A DNA stretch of 64,000 bases from positions 6,392-70,391 of the forward strand of contig LCCV01000003.1 in the NCBI GenBank assembly GCA_000998135.1, written 5' to 3'. The stretch is from Parcubacteria group bacterium GW2011_GWA2_42_14 (GTDB lineage Bacteria; Patescibacteriota; Minisyncoccia; Sungbacterales; GWA2-42-14). The position numbers and the translations under genes are program-made. This document shows, one piece after another, positions 7,797 through 17,795 of this stretch. The stretch's first letter is position 1, and each line of letters begins with the position of its first letter. Under the pieces are notes generated by a model that saw only the letters and a list, made by a program, of their open reading frames with translations, was not told where the DNA came from and did no database searches.

Positions 7797-9632
7797 TTAT
7801 TTATCTGCGAGTTTTAAGAAATCTTCAAGAGCCATTTTGCCCAAATCTCCTTTTTTGTGTTGTCTTACGCTTATGGTTTTTGATTCCATTTCCCGGTCTC
7901 CAATTATGATAATATAGGGGATTTTTTGGAGTTCGGCCTCTCTGATTTTTTTGCCGATGGTTTCGTTGCGTTGGTCATAAGATACCCGAATTTCCTTATT
8001 TTTAAGTGTTTTTACGATTTCTTCAGCATAGGAGTTGGCCCGGTCGGTTACGGTTAAAACGGTTGTTTGAACTGGTGCCAGCCAAAATGGGAATTCTCCG
8101 GCGTAGTGCTCAATAAGAAAGGCGATGAATCGTTCATGCGAGCCCAAAGGCGCCCGGTGAATAACATATACCGGTTTTTCTTTCCCATCATTATCAGTAT
8201 AGGTAAGGTTGAATCTTTTTGTGGCAAGAAAATCCAGTTGGTTGGTGGAGGCAGTTTCTTCCCGGCCGATAACGCTTTTTATTTGGAAATCAACCTTGGG
8301 GCCATAGAAAGCCGCTTCTCCTTCAGCTTCAATAAACGGCAGTCCGGATTTTTTCATAGTGCTACGCAGTATTTCAACAGACTTTTCCCATCCCTCGGGG
8401 ATATTGGCAAATTTATCTTTATTTTTCGTCGGTAAAGACAGGCGCATATAAAAGTCAGTAATGCTGAATACGTTTTTGTACCAAAACTCATGAAGTTTCA
8501 TGACTTTTAAAAATTCTTCTTCTACCTGATCTTCCCGGCAATAAATATGGGCATCGTTTTGAGTAAATCCCCGGGTCCGAAGAAGTCCGGCGAGTGTTCC
8601 TGAAAGTTCATAACGATATACTGTTCCATATTCGGCGTATCGTATGGGCAGGTCGCGATAACTGCGCGGTTCTGATTTATAAATCATGTGAGTATGGGGG
8701 CAGTTCATTGCTTTAAGGTAATAGTTGCCGTCATCAAGTTTCATTGGCGGAAACATGCTTTCGGCATAATAAGGAATATGTCCAGACATTTTATATAATT
8801 CTTCTTTGGCGATATGCGGAGTGGCTACGCGTTCATATCCCCAGTCTTTTTCAACTTTTTTAGCACGATTTTCAATCTCTTCCCTTATAATTGTCCCTTT
8901 GGGTAGCCAAAGCGGCAGGCCGGGGCCGACTTTTTCCGCGAAGGTAAAGAGTTTCAGTTTTTCTCCTAAGATTCTATGGTCTCTTTTTAATGATTCTTCC
9001 TGTTGCCAGAGATATTTTTTCAGTTCTTCCTTGGTTTCAAAAGCAACTCCATAAATTCTTGTAAGTTGCGGATTTTTTTGCTCACCTTTCCAGTAGGCGC
9101 CCGAAATCTTTGTTAATTTAAAGGCGTCCGGATTGATTTCTGATGTATTGGAAACATGTCCGCCACGGCATAAGTCGAAGAAACATGCTACATGCGACAT
9201 GTGACATGTGACCGGGTTTTTAAATTCCTTGTCTATTGTATCTTTTCCCTTGTCACTAAAAGTATGATAGGCGGTTATTTCCTTTTTTTCTTTTGCAAAT
9301 TCTTTAATGAGGTCTAATTTGAAAGGTTGTTCTTTAAAAATTTTTTTTACTTTGGCCGTCGTTAATTTCTCTCTTTTGAAATCGAGATTTTGTTTGAGCA
9401 TACTTCGCATCTCTTTTTCAATATCCTTCAAATTTATTTCTACGGTCGTTCCTTGTCCCATGTCGCTTGTCCCTTGTCCCTTTAATAAAAAATCGTAGTA
9501 AAATCCATTTTCAATGACCGGCCCTACGCCCAGTTTGGCTTGTGGAAATTTTTTGAGCACGGCCATTGCCAAAATATGGGCAAGGGAATGCCTGATTGAT
9601 TCAATCTTGTCTGTTTTTAAAAGTTTTTTCAT
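7797..9632 (-). CDS. thrS: Threonyl-tRNA synthetase
   Basis: RHSLAH, DLCRGGH, RDHR, KAMNCP, AFYGPK, HRAPLGSHERF motifs. Confidence 0.98.
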   Translation of the reverse strand: MKKLLKTDKIESIRHSLAHILAMAVLKKFPQAKLGVGPVIENGFYYDFLLKGQGTSDMGQGTTVEINLKDIEKEMRSMLKQNLDFKREKLTTAKVKKIFKEQPFKLDLIKEFAKEKKEITAYHTFSDKGKDTIDKEFKNPVTCHMSHVACFFDLCRGGHVSNTSEINPDAFKLTKISGAYWKGEQKNPQLTRIYGVAFETKEELKKYLWQQEESLKRDHRILGEKLKLFTFAEKVGPGLPLWLPKGTIIREEIENRAKKVEKDWGYERVATPHIAKEELYKMSGHIPYYAESMFPPMKLDDGNYYLKAMNCPHTHMIYKSEPRSYRDLPIRYAEYGTVYRYELSGTLAGLLRTRGFTQNDAHIYCREDQVEEEFLKVMKLHEFWYKNVFSITDFYMRLSLPTKNKDKFANIPEGWEKSVEILRSTMKKSGLPFIEAEGEAAFYGPKVDFQIKSVIGREETASTNQLDFLATKRFNLTYTDNDGKEKPVYVIHRAPLGSHERFIAFLIEHYAGEFPFWLAPVQTTVLTVTDRANSYAEEIVKTLKNKEIRVSYDQRNETIGKKIREAELQKIPYIIIIGDREMESKTISVRQHKKGDLGKMALEDFLKLADK

Positions 9633-9709
9633 ATTTATGTTTGAATAAGGTTAAGAAGTTAAAATCGTGTCAGAGAGTAATAATGGGTCGCTAATCTTAA
9701 TTTAATCAA

Positions 9710-10636
9710 TCATTTAACCAAAACATCCCAGTGGCTTCCTTCGTCTGCGTAAACAGCTCCGGTCGGGCTTCTGTATTGTTTGGCGCCATCGCTACGGGTG
9801 CCGATAAAGCTGTAATTTGACGTAATGTATGAGTTCAGCGCCGGGTTTTTGCCAGCGTCAAATTTAAAACCTGCCGGATGGCTGAAAGGGCCGGTTGCGT
9901 GGCTGTTGATTTCAGAGCCGCCGGTAATGTTAATAGAGCAACCGCACTTTTGTTTAATGTTATATATTTCTTCAATTGTCGCGGGTCTAAGTCCGCCAAC
10001 ATTAGTACAGCCGCTTTGCGTTCCAGTATATGGATCGCATTTCGGATTATTTATGGTAATTCCTTTGCTTGTTAAGGAGGCGCGTATCGTAGCTTCATTG
10101 GCTTCTGCCGAAGGGCATATGGTAGATCCTTCTATGGGGCAGGAACCTACGGCCGTGCAAAGTCCAAATCCTGGTTTTGTTGATGAACAAAAACAAAGAC
10201 TTGTTCCGCAGTTCCAGGTGGTAAGGGGCGGAGGCGGTGGAGGAGGCGGAGGCGGTGGAGGAGGAGGCGGGGGCGGAGGCGGTGGAGGAGGAGGCGGAGG
10301 AGGAGGAGGCTCAACGACTTCAACCGGTACGCAATATGTTTCTATAAAATTCGGCAAGATTAATAGAACAGTTAAGATAAGAATAGTATAAAAAATAATT
10401 TTGCGGGTTTTGGTAATGGTGTTTGGATTTCCGCTGCCGGTAATATATAGAAAAGCGGCGGCCAGTATCATAATGACAGCGATTGCGGCTCCGATTATTC
10501 CCGATGCTTTTGCCAATATCAGGAGTAGTACGCATATTTGTGATGTGGTGAAAGGATTTTGGATTATTTGTCCGAGAACGGGCAATGGAAAAATTAACGT
10601 TGATATGCCGATGATAATTAGTGATGGATAGATCAT
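9710..10636 (-). CDS. Pilin-like (VirB2/TrbC-type) N-terminus, 28-Pro linker, Cys-rich region and putative zinc peptidase (M15/Hedgehog-like fold) C-terminus
   Basis: Two hydrophobic helices around YITGSGNP; poly-Pro at 10226-10309; ITGGSE..H..SHPAGFKFD...HWDV. Confidence 0.6.
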   Translation of the reverse strand: MIYPSLIIIGISTLIFPLPVLGQIIQNPFTTSQICVLLLILAKASGIIGAAIAVIMILAAAFLYITGSGNPNTITKTRKIIFYTILILTVLLILPNFIETYCVPVEVVEPPPPPPPPPPPPPPPPPPPPPPPPPPPPLTTWNCGTSLCFCSSTKPGFGLCTAVGSCPIEGSTICPSAEANEATIRASLTSKGITINNPKCDPYTGTQSGCTNVGGLRPATIEEIYNIKQKCGCSINITGGSEINSHATGPFSHPAGFKFDAGKNPALNSYITSNYSFIGTRSDGAKQYRSPTGAVYADEGSHWDVLVK

Positions 10637-10690
10637 AAGTTATTGATTCGCAATTTGCAGATTAGCATTATATTGCATTGGCGTAATTGT

Positions 10691-13600
10691 TTAAAGTATT
10701 TCCTCTGCCTCTTCGCACAATATTTTTATTGTATCATCCCTGCCCGCGTCGCTTATTCTGCCCTTTACAAGCAGAATTTTTTCTTCCTGCCAGATGGCGG
10801 GATTTTTTTCCAACACCCGGGGAAATACCAAAACCTCGGTTTTACCTGTCAGGTCCTCAATCGTTACAAAAAGCATGGGGGAACCGGCTTTGGTGATTAT
10901 TTTTTTTATTCCGGAAACGAGCCCGCCGATACTCAATAGCTTGTCTTTTGGCTGGTTTTTAAGTTCGTTTACGGCTATGACCCTATTTTGCAGTTTTTCT
11001 TTATATTCTTCAAGCGGATGTTCGGTTACGTAAAGCCCCAAAAGTTCTTTTTCCCAGGCGAGCATTTCGTTTTTTCCGGCAGACGGGAAAGATTTTAATT
11101 TTATTGATGAAACTTTAACTTCTGGGATTAAGGAGAAAAGGCTGGTTTGCCCCATGGATTCATTTTTTTGGTGGTCTCTGGCATATTCAAGAATGTTTTC
11201 AAGATTGCCCAGTAACGGGCCGCGTTCTCCCAATTCATCAAGCGCGCCGCATTTAATAAGTGATTCCAGGGATTTTTTGTTTAAATCTTTATGGCGGACT
11301 CTTTCTATAAAATCGGTAATGGATTGGAAGTGATTTCCTGATTCGCGCGCGTTGATTATTGCCTGAACAATATTGGCGCCGACGTTTTTAATTGATTCCA
11401 ATCCGAACCTTATTTTATCGTTTTCGTTGTTATTCTTAATAAGAGTAAATTTGGCAAAACTTTCATTGATGTTTGGCGGAAGGACAGGAATTTCCATTCT
11501 GGCGCATTCGGCAATTATTTCGGCAGCTTTTTCAATGTTGCCGGAATCAGCCGTAAGAACCGCGGTCATGTATTCACCCGGGAAATTAGCTTTCATATAT
11601 GAAGTTTGATAGGCGACTCTGCCGTAGCATGCCGCATGGGCTTTGTTGAAACCGTAACCTTGGAACGGTTCAAAAAGTTCCCATAGTCTTTCTGCTTCTT
11701 CGTGTTTCATTTTTCCGTGTTTAACACAGCCGTCCACAAATATAATATGCTGTTTTTTCATTTCTTCGGGAATTTTTTTACCTACGGCCTTTCTGAATTT
11801 ATCAACTTCACCCCAGCTATAGCCCGCGATCTCCATAGCTGTCATTAAAAGGTCGTCTTGGTAGACAAGCACGCCGTAGGTTCTGTCCAAATAACTTTTC
11901 ATTTTGGGATGAAGGTAGGTAAACTTTTTTAATCCATTTTTTCTTGCAATATATTCATCGATATTATTAATTGGGCCGGGCCGGTATAACGCAACCATAA
12001 CGTTTATATCGTGAATAGTGGTGGGCTTAAGTTCTTTTAAGTATTTCGTCATCCCAACTCCGTTTAATTGGAAAAGTCCAACGGTTTCACCTCTTTCCAA
12101 AAGCTCAAAAGTTTTTTTATCATCCAAAGGTATTTTTTCAATGTCTATTTCAATATCGCGGAATTTTTTTACGAGATGAACCGCGTCTTCAAGAATGGCA
12201 AGGTTTCTTATTCCTAAAAAATCGAATTTTAACAAACCCAAATCATCTACGGCATGCATGTCGTACTGGGTGATTATTTTTCCTCCTTTGGGGTCAAGCT
12301 GGAGCGGTACATATTCCCAAAGAGGTCTTGGCGTAATTACTACTCCTGCCGCGTGTACTGATATGTGGCGGGCGCATCCTTCTAATTTTTGCGCTTGAGT
12401 AATTACTGTTTTTACGTCCCTCTCTTTTTCTAATAAGTCTCTTAACTCCGGAGTAATTCTTAGCGCTTCTTTAATTGTCATGGGGAACCCCTGCGAGCCC
12501 AAAGGAATGAGTTTTGCTATTTTGTCTCCGATCGCATATGGATATCCGAGGGCTCTGGCAACATCGCGAACGGCGGCTCTGGCCATCATAGTTCCAAATG
12601 TGCCTATTTGCGCCACATGGTCTCGGCCATATTTTTCTTTGGCGTATTGGATTACTTCATCCCTTCTGTTATCGGCAAAATCCATGTCAATATCGGGTGC
12701 TGAAGGCCGTTCCGGGTTTAAAAATCTTTCAAAAGGCAGTTTATATTCAATAGGATTTACGTTGGTAATTCCTGTAAGATACGTAACAATGGAGCCGGCT
12801 ACGGAACCGCGAACCGTGGTAAAAATGTTTTTGGAATGAGCGTAGTTTATCAAGTCGGCCACCGCGAGAAAATACGGGGAAAATCCTTTGTCTTTTATTA
12901 TTTTTAATTCATATTCTACGCGCTCTTCCAGTTCTTTTGTTTTGTTAAGTCCTCGGTTTTTGATTCCGGCATAGGTTATTTTTTTCAGCTCGCTGTCATA
13001 GGTTTCTCCTTCCGGAATTTTGAGGTCTGGGAATGTCCAAGTCCCGAACGGTATTTCCAAATTTATTTTATTGGCTATCTCTTGGGTGTTTGCGATTGCC
13101 TCGGGCAGGTCCGGAAAAAGAGAAATCATTTCTTCCGTAGACCTCATTGATAAATTTGCTTCTTTCATGGTCAAGCGGTTTTCATCATCCATTTTGCTTC
13201 CGGTTTGCACCGATACCAGAATGTCCTGAGCTTCGGCATCAGTGGGCAGGGAATAGTGAGTATCGTTTGTGGCAACAAGTTTCGCCCCGGTTTTTTGCGA
13301 AAGCACCAGCAGTCCTTCATTTATGGTTTTTTGTTCAGGAAAATTAAAATGAGGCTGGATTTCCAGATAAAAATTTTCTTTGCCGAAAATATCCTGATAT
13401 TCGCGGGTTAATCTTTCGGCTATATCCATTTTTTTATTTTTTATTGCGTGTGGTATTTCGCCGTTGAAACATCCGGAAAGCGCGATTAGGCCGTTTGAGT
13501 ATTCGCGGAGAATTGTTTTGTCCACTCTGGGTTTATAATAGAATCCTTCCAGATGCGCCTTGGTTACGAGTTTAATGAGGTTATAGTATCCGGCAAGGTT

Positions 13601-13879
13601 TTGAGCGAGCACGGTCAAGTGGTAGCGTTTATTGTCAATATTGGGCCTTTTTTGATGAAAATTTTCATAAGCAATATACATTTCGCATCCGATAATGGGT
13701 TTAATTCCCGCTTTTTTCGCTTTTTTATAAAATTCAATGACTCCGTACATGGAGCCATGGTCGGTAATTGCCAAAGAATCCATTTTCAGTTCAACAGCGC
13801 GGTTGATTAATTGATCAATTTGCTGGAGACCGTCAAGAAGTGAGTAGTGGGTGTGGACATGGAGGTGGGTAAATTTCAT
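10691..13879 (-). CDS. dnaE: DNA polymerase III alpha subunit
   Basis: HLHVHTHYSLLDG PHP domain, PDIDMD, LLKFDFLG, YGFNKAH. Confidence 0.98.
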   Translation of the reverse strand: MKFTHLHVHTHYSLLDGLQQIDQLINRAVELKMDSLAITDHGSMYGVIEFYKKAKKAGIKPIIGCEMYIAYENFHQKRPNIDNKRYHLTVLAQNLAGYYNLIKLVTKAHLEGFYYKPRVDKTILREYSNGLIALSGCFNGEIPHAIKNKKMDIAERLTREYQDIFGKENFYLEIQPHFNFPEQKTINEGLLVLSQKTGAKLVATNDTHYSLPTDAEAQDILVSVQTGSKMDDENRLTMKEANLSMRSTEEMISLFPDLPEAIANTQEIANKINLEIPFGTWTFPDLKIPEGETYDSELKKITYAGIKNRGLNKTKELEERVEYELKIIKDKGFSPYFLAVADLINYAHSKNIFTTVRGSVAGSIVTYLTGITNVNPIEYKLPFERFLNPERPSAPDIDMDFADNRRDEVIQYAKEKYGRDHVAQIGTFGTMMARAAVRDVARALGYPYAIGDKIAKLIPLGSQGFPMTIKEALRITPELRDLLEKERDVKTVITQAQKLEGCARHISVHAAGVVITPRPLWEYVPLQLDPKGGKIITQYDMHAVDDLGLLKFDFLGIRNLAILEDAVHLVKKFRDIEIDIEKIPLDDKKTFELLERGETVGLFQLNGVGMTKYLKELKPTTIHDINVMVALYRPGPINNIDEYIARKNGLKKFTYLHPKMKSYLDRTYGVLVYQDDLLMTAMEIAGYSWGEVDKFRKAVGKKIPEEMKKQHIIFVDGCVKHGKMKHEEAERLWELFEPFQGYGFNKAHAACYGRVAYQTSYMKANFPGEYMTAVLTADSGNIEKAAEIIAECARMEIPVLPPNINESFAKFTLIKNNNENDKIRFGLESIKNVGANIVQAIINARESGNHFQSITDFIERVRHKDLNKKSLESLIKCGALDELGERGPLLGNLENILEYARDHQKNESMGQTSLFSLIPEVKVSSIKLKSFPSAGKNEMLAWEKELLGLYVTEHPLEEYKEKLQNRVIAVNELKNQPKDKLLSIGGLVSGIKKIITKAGSPMLFVTIEDLTGKTEVLVFPRVLEKNPAIWQEEKILLVKGRISDAGRDDTIKILCEEAEEIL

Positions 13880-14019
13880 GAATCATGAATCATGCAACAT
13901 GTACCTCAAAACGGTTTATGTTTCAAGTTTCATGTTCCAAGATTTACTCTTATTGTACACTTTTTCTTTTTTTAAACGCAATATGTGTATAATTTAAAAC
14001 CCTCGTTTGGAGACGAGGG

Positions 14020-14793
14020 TTATCCGCAGTTTTGTTTTATGGCATCAGCGCTTTTTGGGTCGTATTTTAATTCAGAAGTGATTTTACTGTGCATGATTGA
14101 TTCAATTTTTTCCGCGCCGGGAATAGTTTTATCATCGTCAATGTGAGTTGCGCCGCAGTTGTGGCCAAGTTCGTGCAACAGCACCTTCTTTATTACTTTG
14201 ATGTCGGAATTATATAAAATCGTGGATTCTTTGCTCTTTATGTAGTCAGACTCGTGCCTTTTTACATTAGCGTATCCGCTTTTTGATTCGCCTGTTATGC
14301 TTTTTATTTCTTTTCCGGTGACAAATACTATAAAATCAGTTGTTTGGGCAAGTTTTCCCAGCCAGTTAAGAATTTCAAAGCCAAAAACCGATTGTCCGTT
14401 AATTTCTTCGGCAGGTTGGATATTAAAAGTTACTTTTCCTATTTCAAGCCTTCTTCCGACCTGAGTAAGAAATATAGAAGAAGCCTGTTTGGCAACTTCT
14501 TTGATATTTTCTTCTATGTTTTCTTGGGGAATAGATTTTGTCAGTTCCGGGTCTATGATAAATTCGATTGTCAGCGGGGATTTTTCTTGTAAAGCGGAAA
14601 TTTTGAAAATATTTGTTTCTTTGTTTTCCAGAATATTCCGCGGTACGGCTCCGGTGGGGCGTGGGAATTTTAAATTATTCTTTGGCAGCTCGATATCCCG
14701 CGATAAGATTGAATTTATTGCGGTAGTAATTAACTGCGGGAGTAATATCGCGGATATCAGCAGAATAACCAAACCCGCCTTTTTCATTTTCAT
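14020..14793 (-). CDS. Secreted or anchored zinc metalloprotease (metzincin)
   Basis: HELGHNCGATH zinc motif, SIMHS Met-turn, N-terminal hydrophobic segment. Confidence 0.8.
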   Translation of the reverse strand: MKMKKAGLVILLISAILLPQLITTAINSILSRDIELPKNNLKFPRPTGAVPRNILENKETNIFKISALQEKSPLTIEFIIDPELTKSIPQENIEENIKEVAKQASSIFLTQVGRRLEIGKVTFNIQPAEEINGQSVFGFEILNWLGKLAQTTDFIVFVTGKEIKSITGESKSGYANVKRHESDYIKSKESTILYNSDIKVIKKVLLHELGHNCGATHIDDDKTIPGAEKIESIMHSKITSELKYDPKSADAIKQNCG

Positions 14794-15626
14794 TTCTCCG
14801 CGTTATTTTTCCAGATTTTCTGATTTCTCAAAGAAGGAAGGATTTTTTTAATGGGATTTATTGGGATGGCAAAACCGATTTGGTTTGCGTTTTGAATCAT
14901 GCTTTGGATAATGCCGATAACCTTATTGCTGAATACGTCAATCAGCGGACTTCCGGAATTTCCTGGATTGAGTGATGACTGAATTTGAATGAGGGGAATG
15001 GGATGGGAGTATATCGTTCTTTTCAAGCCGCTTATTGTTCCCGAAGACACTGTAAAATTGATGCCAAGCGGATGTCCGATTATCAGTATTTTATCGGATT
15101 CCATTATAACGTCCGAGTTGCCGAGGGTTAAGAATGGAAAATTGGATTTTTCGGTATTTATTTTTAACAGCGCCAGGTCATTGGGCTTGTCAATTCCCAC
15201 TACGTCAGCCTTGAACACATTGCCGTTGAAAAGCATTATAGAAATTTCTTTATGAGCGTCAATTACGTGATAGTTGGTTAGAATTTCCCCGTCCGGAGTA
15301 ATTATGAAGCCGGTGCCGACCAAGAAGGATTGAATTAATCCCAGTTCTTCATAAAGTATGGTTTCTTTATATAGCGGCGGTATGATTCGCGGCATGAATT
15401 TTTGGGCAGGATCGTTTTCTTGCTTGTCGTCATTTTTTTTTGCCGGATCTATTTCTGTTTTTATAAAAACAACTGCTTGCCTGTTTTTTTGCGTGATATC
15501 CCGATAATAATAGGTTTCGTTTCGGATATTATCCTCGGCACCATGGGCAAAGACAACGCGGTTGGCCTGGGGAACGGTGATAGTCGTAAAAAGCAATAAT
15601 GCTGAAATCAAGAATTTTGTGTTCAT
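14790..15626 (-). CDS. Secreted trypsin-like (HtrA/S1C) serine protease without PDZ domain
   Basis: GTGFII, LTNYHV, DLALLK, NPGNSGSP; signal peptide. Confidence 0.88.
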   Translation of the reverse strand: MNTKFLISALLLFTTITVPQANRVVFAHGAEDNIRNETYYYRDITQKNRQAVVFIKTEIDPAKKNDDKQENDPAQKFMPRIIPPLYKETILYEELGLIQSFLVGTGFIITPDGEILTNYHVIDAHKEISIMLFNGNVFKADVVGIDKPNDLALLKINTEKSNFPFLTLGNSDVIMESDKILIIGHPLGINFTVSSGTISGLKRTIYSHPIPLIQIQSSLNPGNSGSPLIDVFSNKVIGIIQSMIQNANQIGFAIPINPIKKILPSLRNQKIWKNNAEK

Positions 15627-15713
15627 TTTTGGCTGTTTTTCGCGCTTATCAAGGGTCTGATTTCATAGTAATATAAGATTTGAAATTAGCAATATTGAAT
15701 TGTTGGACTAATT

Positions 15714-16499
15714 ATGGCAAAAAAACCTTTTTATTTAATTGGAATAGATGAAGTTGGCCGCCCCAATGGGCGAGCCTCGCCTTATCAATATATTATTGGG
15801 ATAGACGAGGCGGGACGGGCCGCCAGATATGGCCAGCCTCGCCCAAACTTTATTATAGGAATAGATGAAGCTGGGCGGGGACCATTGGCCGGTCCTGTGG
15901 TTGTAGCCGGAGTGTTAATAGCGACAAGGGGCAAGAGGCATGTGGCAAGACAACTTTACGGTATTCGTGATTCAAAAAAACTTTCCGCCAAAAAACGCGA
16001 AGAGTGGTTTAGAAAACTTACGAGCAATTCTAAAATCGAATGGGCTGTGGCCAAAGTTTGGCCGAAAGTTATTGACAGGATTAATATTACTAACGCGACG
16101 AACCTTGGTGTAAGGAGGGTTTATAAAAAATTAAAGTTAAACAAAGTAGCTTCTCGACTCGGCTCGAAGAATAAAAATTTTATTGTTCGAGCTTGTCCCG
16201 TTAGAAATTCTATTTCTAACGGGGCTTGTCGAGAACATACCTTACTCGACGGCGGTTTAAAACTTCCATCCCATATTTCTTTTGAATCAATTATTAAGGG
16301 CGACGAAAAAATTCCTATTATTTCCGCCGCTTCAATTATTGCTAAAGTAATCCGCGACCGTCTGATGATTCGTCTTCACAAAAAATATCCAAAATACCGG
16401 TTTGACATACACAAGGGTTATGGCACAAAACTGCATAGAAAATTGCTCAAAAAATTCGGTAGAAGCGAGATACATAGAAAGTCCTTTCGATTTAGTTAA
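15714..16499 (+). CDS. rnhB: Ribonuclease HII with triplicated N-terminal motif and palindromic insertion
   Basis: IDEAGRGPLAGPV, DSKKLS, KGD...SAASIIAKV, HKGYGT, HRKSF. Confidence 0.95.
   Translation: MAKKPFYLIGIDEVGRPNGRASPYQYIIGIDEAGRAARYGQPRPNFIIGIDEAGRGPLAGPVVVAGVLIATRGKRHVARQLYGIRDSKKLSAKKREEWFRKLTSNSKIEWAVAKVWPKVIDRINITNATNLGVRRVYKKLKLNKVASRLGSKNKNFIVRACPVRNSISNGACREHTLLDGGLKLPSHISFESIIKGDEKIPIISAASIIAKVIRDRLMIRLHKKYPKYRFDIHKGYGTKLHRKLLKKFGRSEIHRKSFRFS
16151..16236. repeat. Nested palindromic element inside rnhB
   Basis: Outer TTCTCGAC...GTCGAGAA; inner CCCGTTAGAAAT/ATTTCTAACGGG (16197-16223) flanked by duplicated GCTTGT. Confidence 0.85.
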
Positions 16500-16589
16500 A
16501 GTTACTTAAGAAAGATGTGCGATTTGCATTTTTTAGTTCAAAATGGTAAAATTTTCTAGGCTCTTTTAGAGGGGGGGATAATACAGACT

Positions 16590-16808
16590 ATGGCTTATGA
16601 TATGGAACCAATTATTCATCCTCGTCATAATTTGGTTCGACAAATGCTGTGGGAAGAAGAAAGGAATAAGTGTCCGCATGATATGGGAAAATGCGGAGGC
16701 AACATTATCCTAACAGGAATTGCTGATGCTAAGAATTTGGTTTGTGATAAGATAGCTATTTTGGCGTGTACTAACGGTCATAAGTGGATGAGTCCGGTAA
16801 TTGATTAA
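16590..16808 (+). CDS. Small Cys-containing hypothetical protein
   Basis: 72-aa ORF with G-rich RBS; CPH..CGG..C..CTNGH possible metal site. Confidence 0.55.
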   Translation: MAYDMEPIIHPRHNLVRQMLWEEERNKCPHDMGKCGGNIILTGIADAKNLVCDKIAILACTNGHKWMSPVID

Positions 16809-16879
16809 TTTATATTTGGGCAGAAATGCCCTTTTTATTCATTTGCCAAAAAGATAATTATTTGTTAGCATCTTTCTAT

Positions 16880-17164
16880 ATGGTAGTTCGCATGAGACAT
16901 ACAAAAAGCAAGAGAAACCGCGTGAGGTCGCATCACGCTATTTTGGCTGCCAAATTTGTCCGGTGCGGACACTGCGGCGCGGAAAATTTGCCCCATACGG
17001 TATGTACCAATTGCGGTTATTATGCCGGCAGGGAAGTCGTTGATGTTTTGGCAAAACTTGATAAAAAAGATAGAAAGAAACGGGAAAAAGAACTACACGC
17101 TCATGAAAAAGAGCAGGCGGAGAAAGGAAGGGAATTGAACGCGGAAGAGTTATCGCATCATTAG
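16880..17164 (+). CDS. rpmF: 50S ribosomal protein L32
   Basis: RHTKSKRNRVRSH...CGHCG...HTVCTNCGYY; start set to ATG 16880. Confidence 0.95.
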   Translation: MVVRMRHTKSKRNRVRSHHAILAAKFVRCGHCGAENLPHTVCTNCGYYAGREVVDVLAKLDKKDRKKREKELHAHEKEQAEKGRELNAEELSHH

Positions 17165-17232
17165 AGACAAGTGACATGTGACAAGTGACAAGGTAGCATA
17201 AACCATGTCTCATGTCCCATGTTTCATGTCAC
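17163..17232. repeat. Inverted heptamer tandem arrays (GACAAGT/GACATGT then CATGTYY)
   Basis: Seen directly between rpmF and nusB. Confidence 0.8.
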
Positions 17233-17237
17233 AAATA

Positions 17238-17795
17238 GTGGCATCACGGCATTTAGCAAGGTCAATCGCTATGCAGTCCTTCTATGAATGGGATTTTAAT
17301 GGCAAGGACGATTCAAAATTAGAATCAATTGTTGAAAAAAATATTAAGGAATTCGGTCCTGGTCTTGAAGAAATTGATTTTATCAAACGGCTGGTCAGCG
17401 AAACCATTAAAAATTTACCGCAAATTGACAAAATTATTGAAAAAGCCGCGCCGGAATGGCCCATTAATCAGATTGCCATAGTTGACCGTAATATTCTAAG
17501 AATCGGCCTTTATGAGCTGTTGTTCGGAAATCATGAAGAAGTGCCGCCTAAAGTTGCTATAAACGAATCTATTGAAATCGCTAAAAATTTCGGAGGAGAA
17601 ACATCCGGAAAATTCGTAAACGGTGTTTTAGGCACGGTTTATCGTGAAATAGGAGAACCGGGAAAAGATTATCCGACCAGAGCGGAATTGGCAAAGAAAA
17701 GGGAGGAAGAGGAGGAAGTGAAGAAAGAAGAAGGAAAAACGGTTGATGGGTCTGAAGAAAAGAAGAAGAAAAAGAAAAATAAATTAGCAGATTAA
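17238..17795 (+). CDS. nusB: Transcription antitermination factor NusB
   Basis: SRHLARSIAMQ, DRNILR, PPKVAINE, FVNGVL; GTG start at 17238. Confidence 0.96.
   Translation: MASRHLARSIAMQSFYEWDFNGKDDSKLESIVEKNIKEFGPGLEEIDFIKRLVSETIKNLPQIDKIIEKAAPEWPINQIAIVDRNILRIGLYELLFGNHEEVPPKVAINESIEIAKNFGGETSGKFVNGVLGTVYREIGEPGKDYPTRAELAKKREEEEEVKKEEGKTVDGSEEKKKKKKNKLAD

Noticed and set aside
9825-10391. 188-aa poly-Gly ORF on the + strand
   Set aside because: Antisense shadow of the poly-Pro tract in the pilin-like gene
10691-13879. Intein in DnaE (also considered for RpoB)
   Set aside because: Normal lengths and no intein splice motifs or LAGLIDADG blocks
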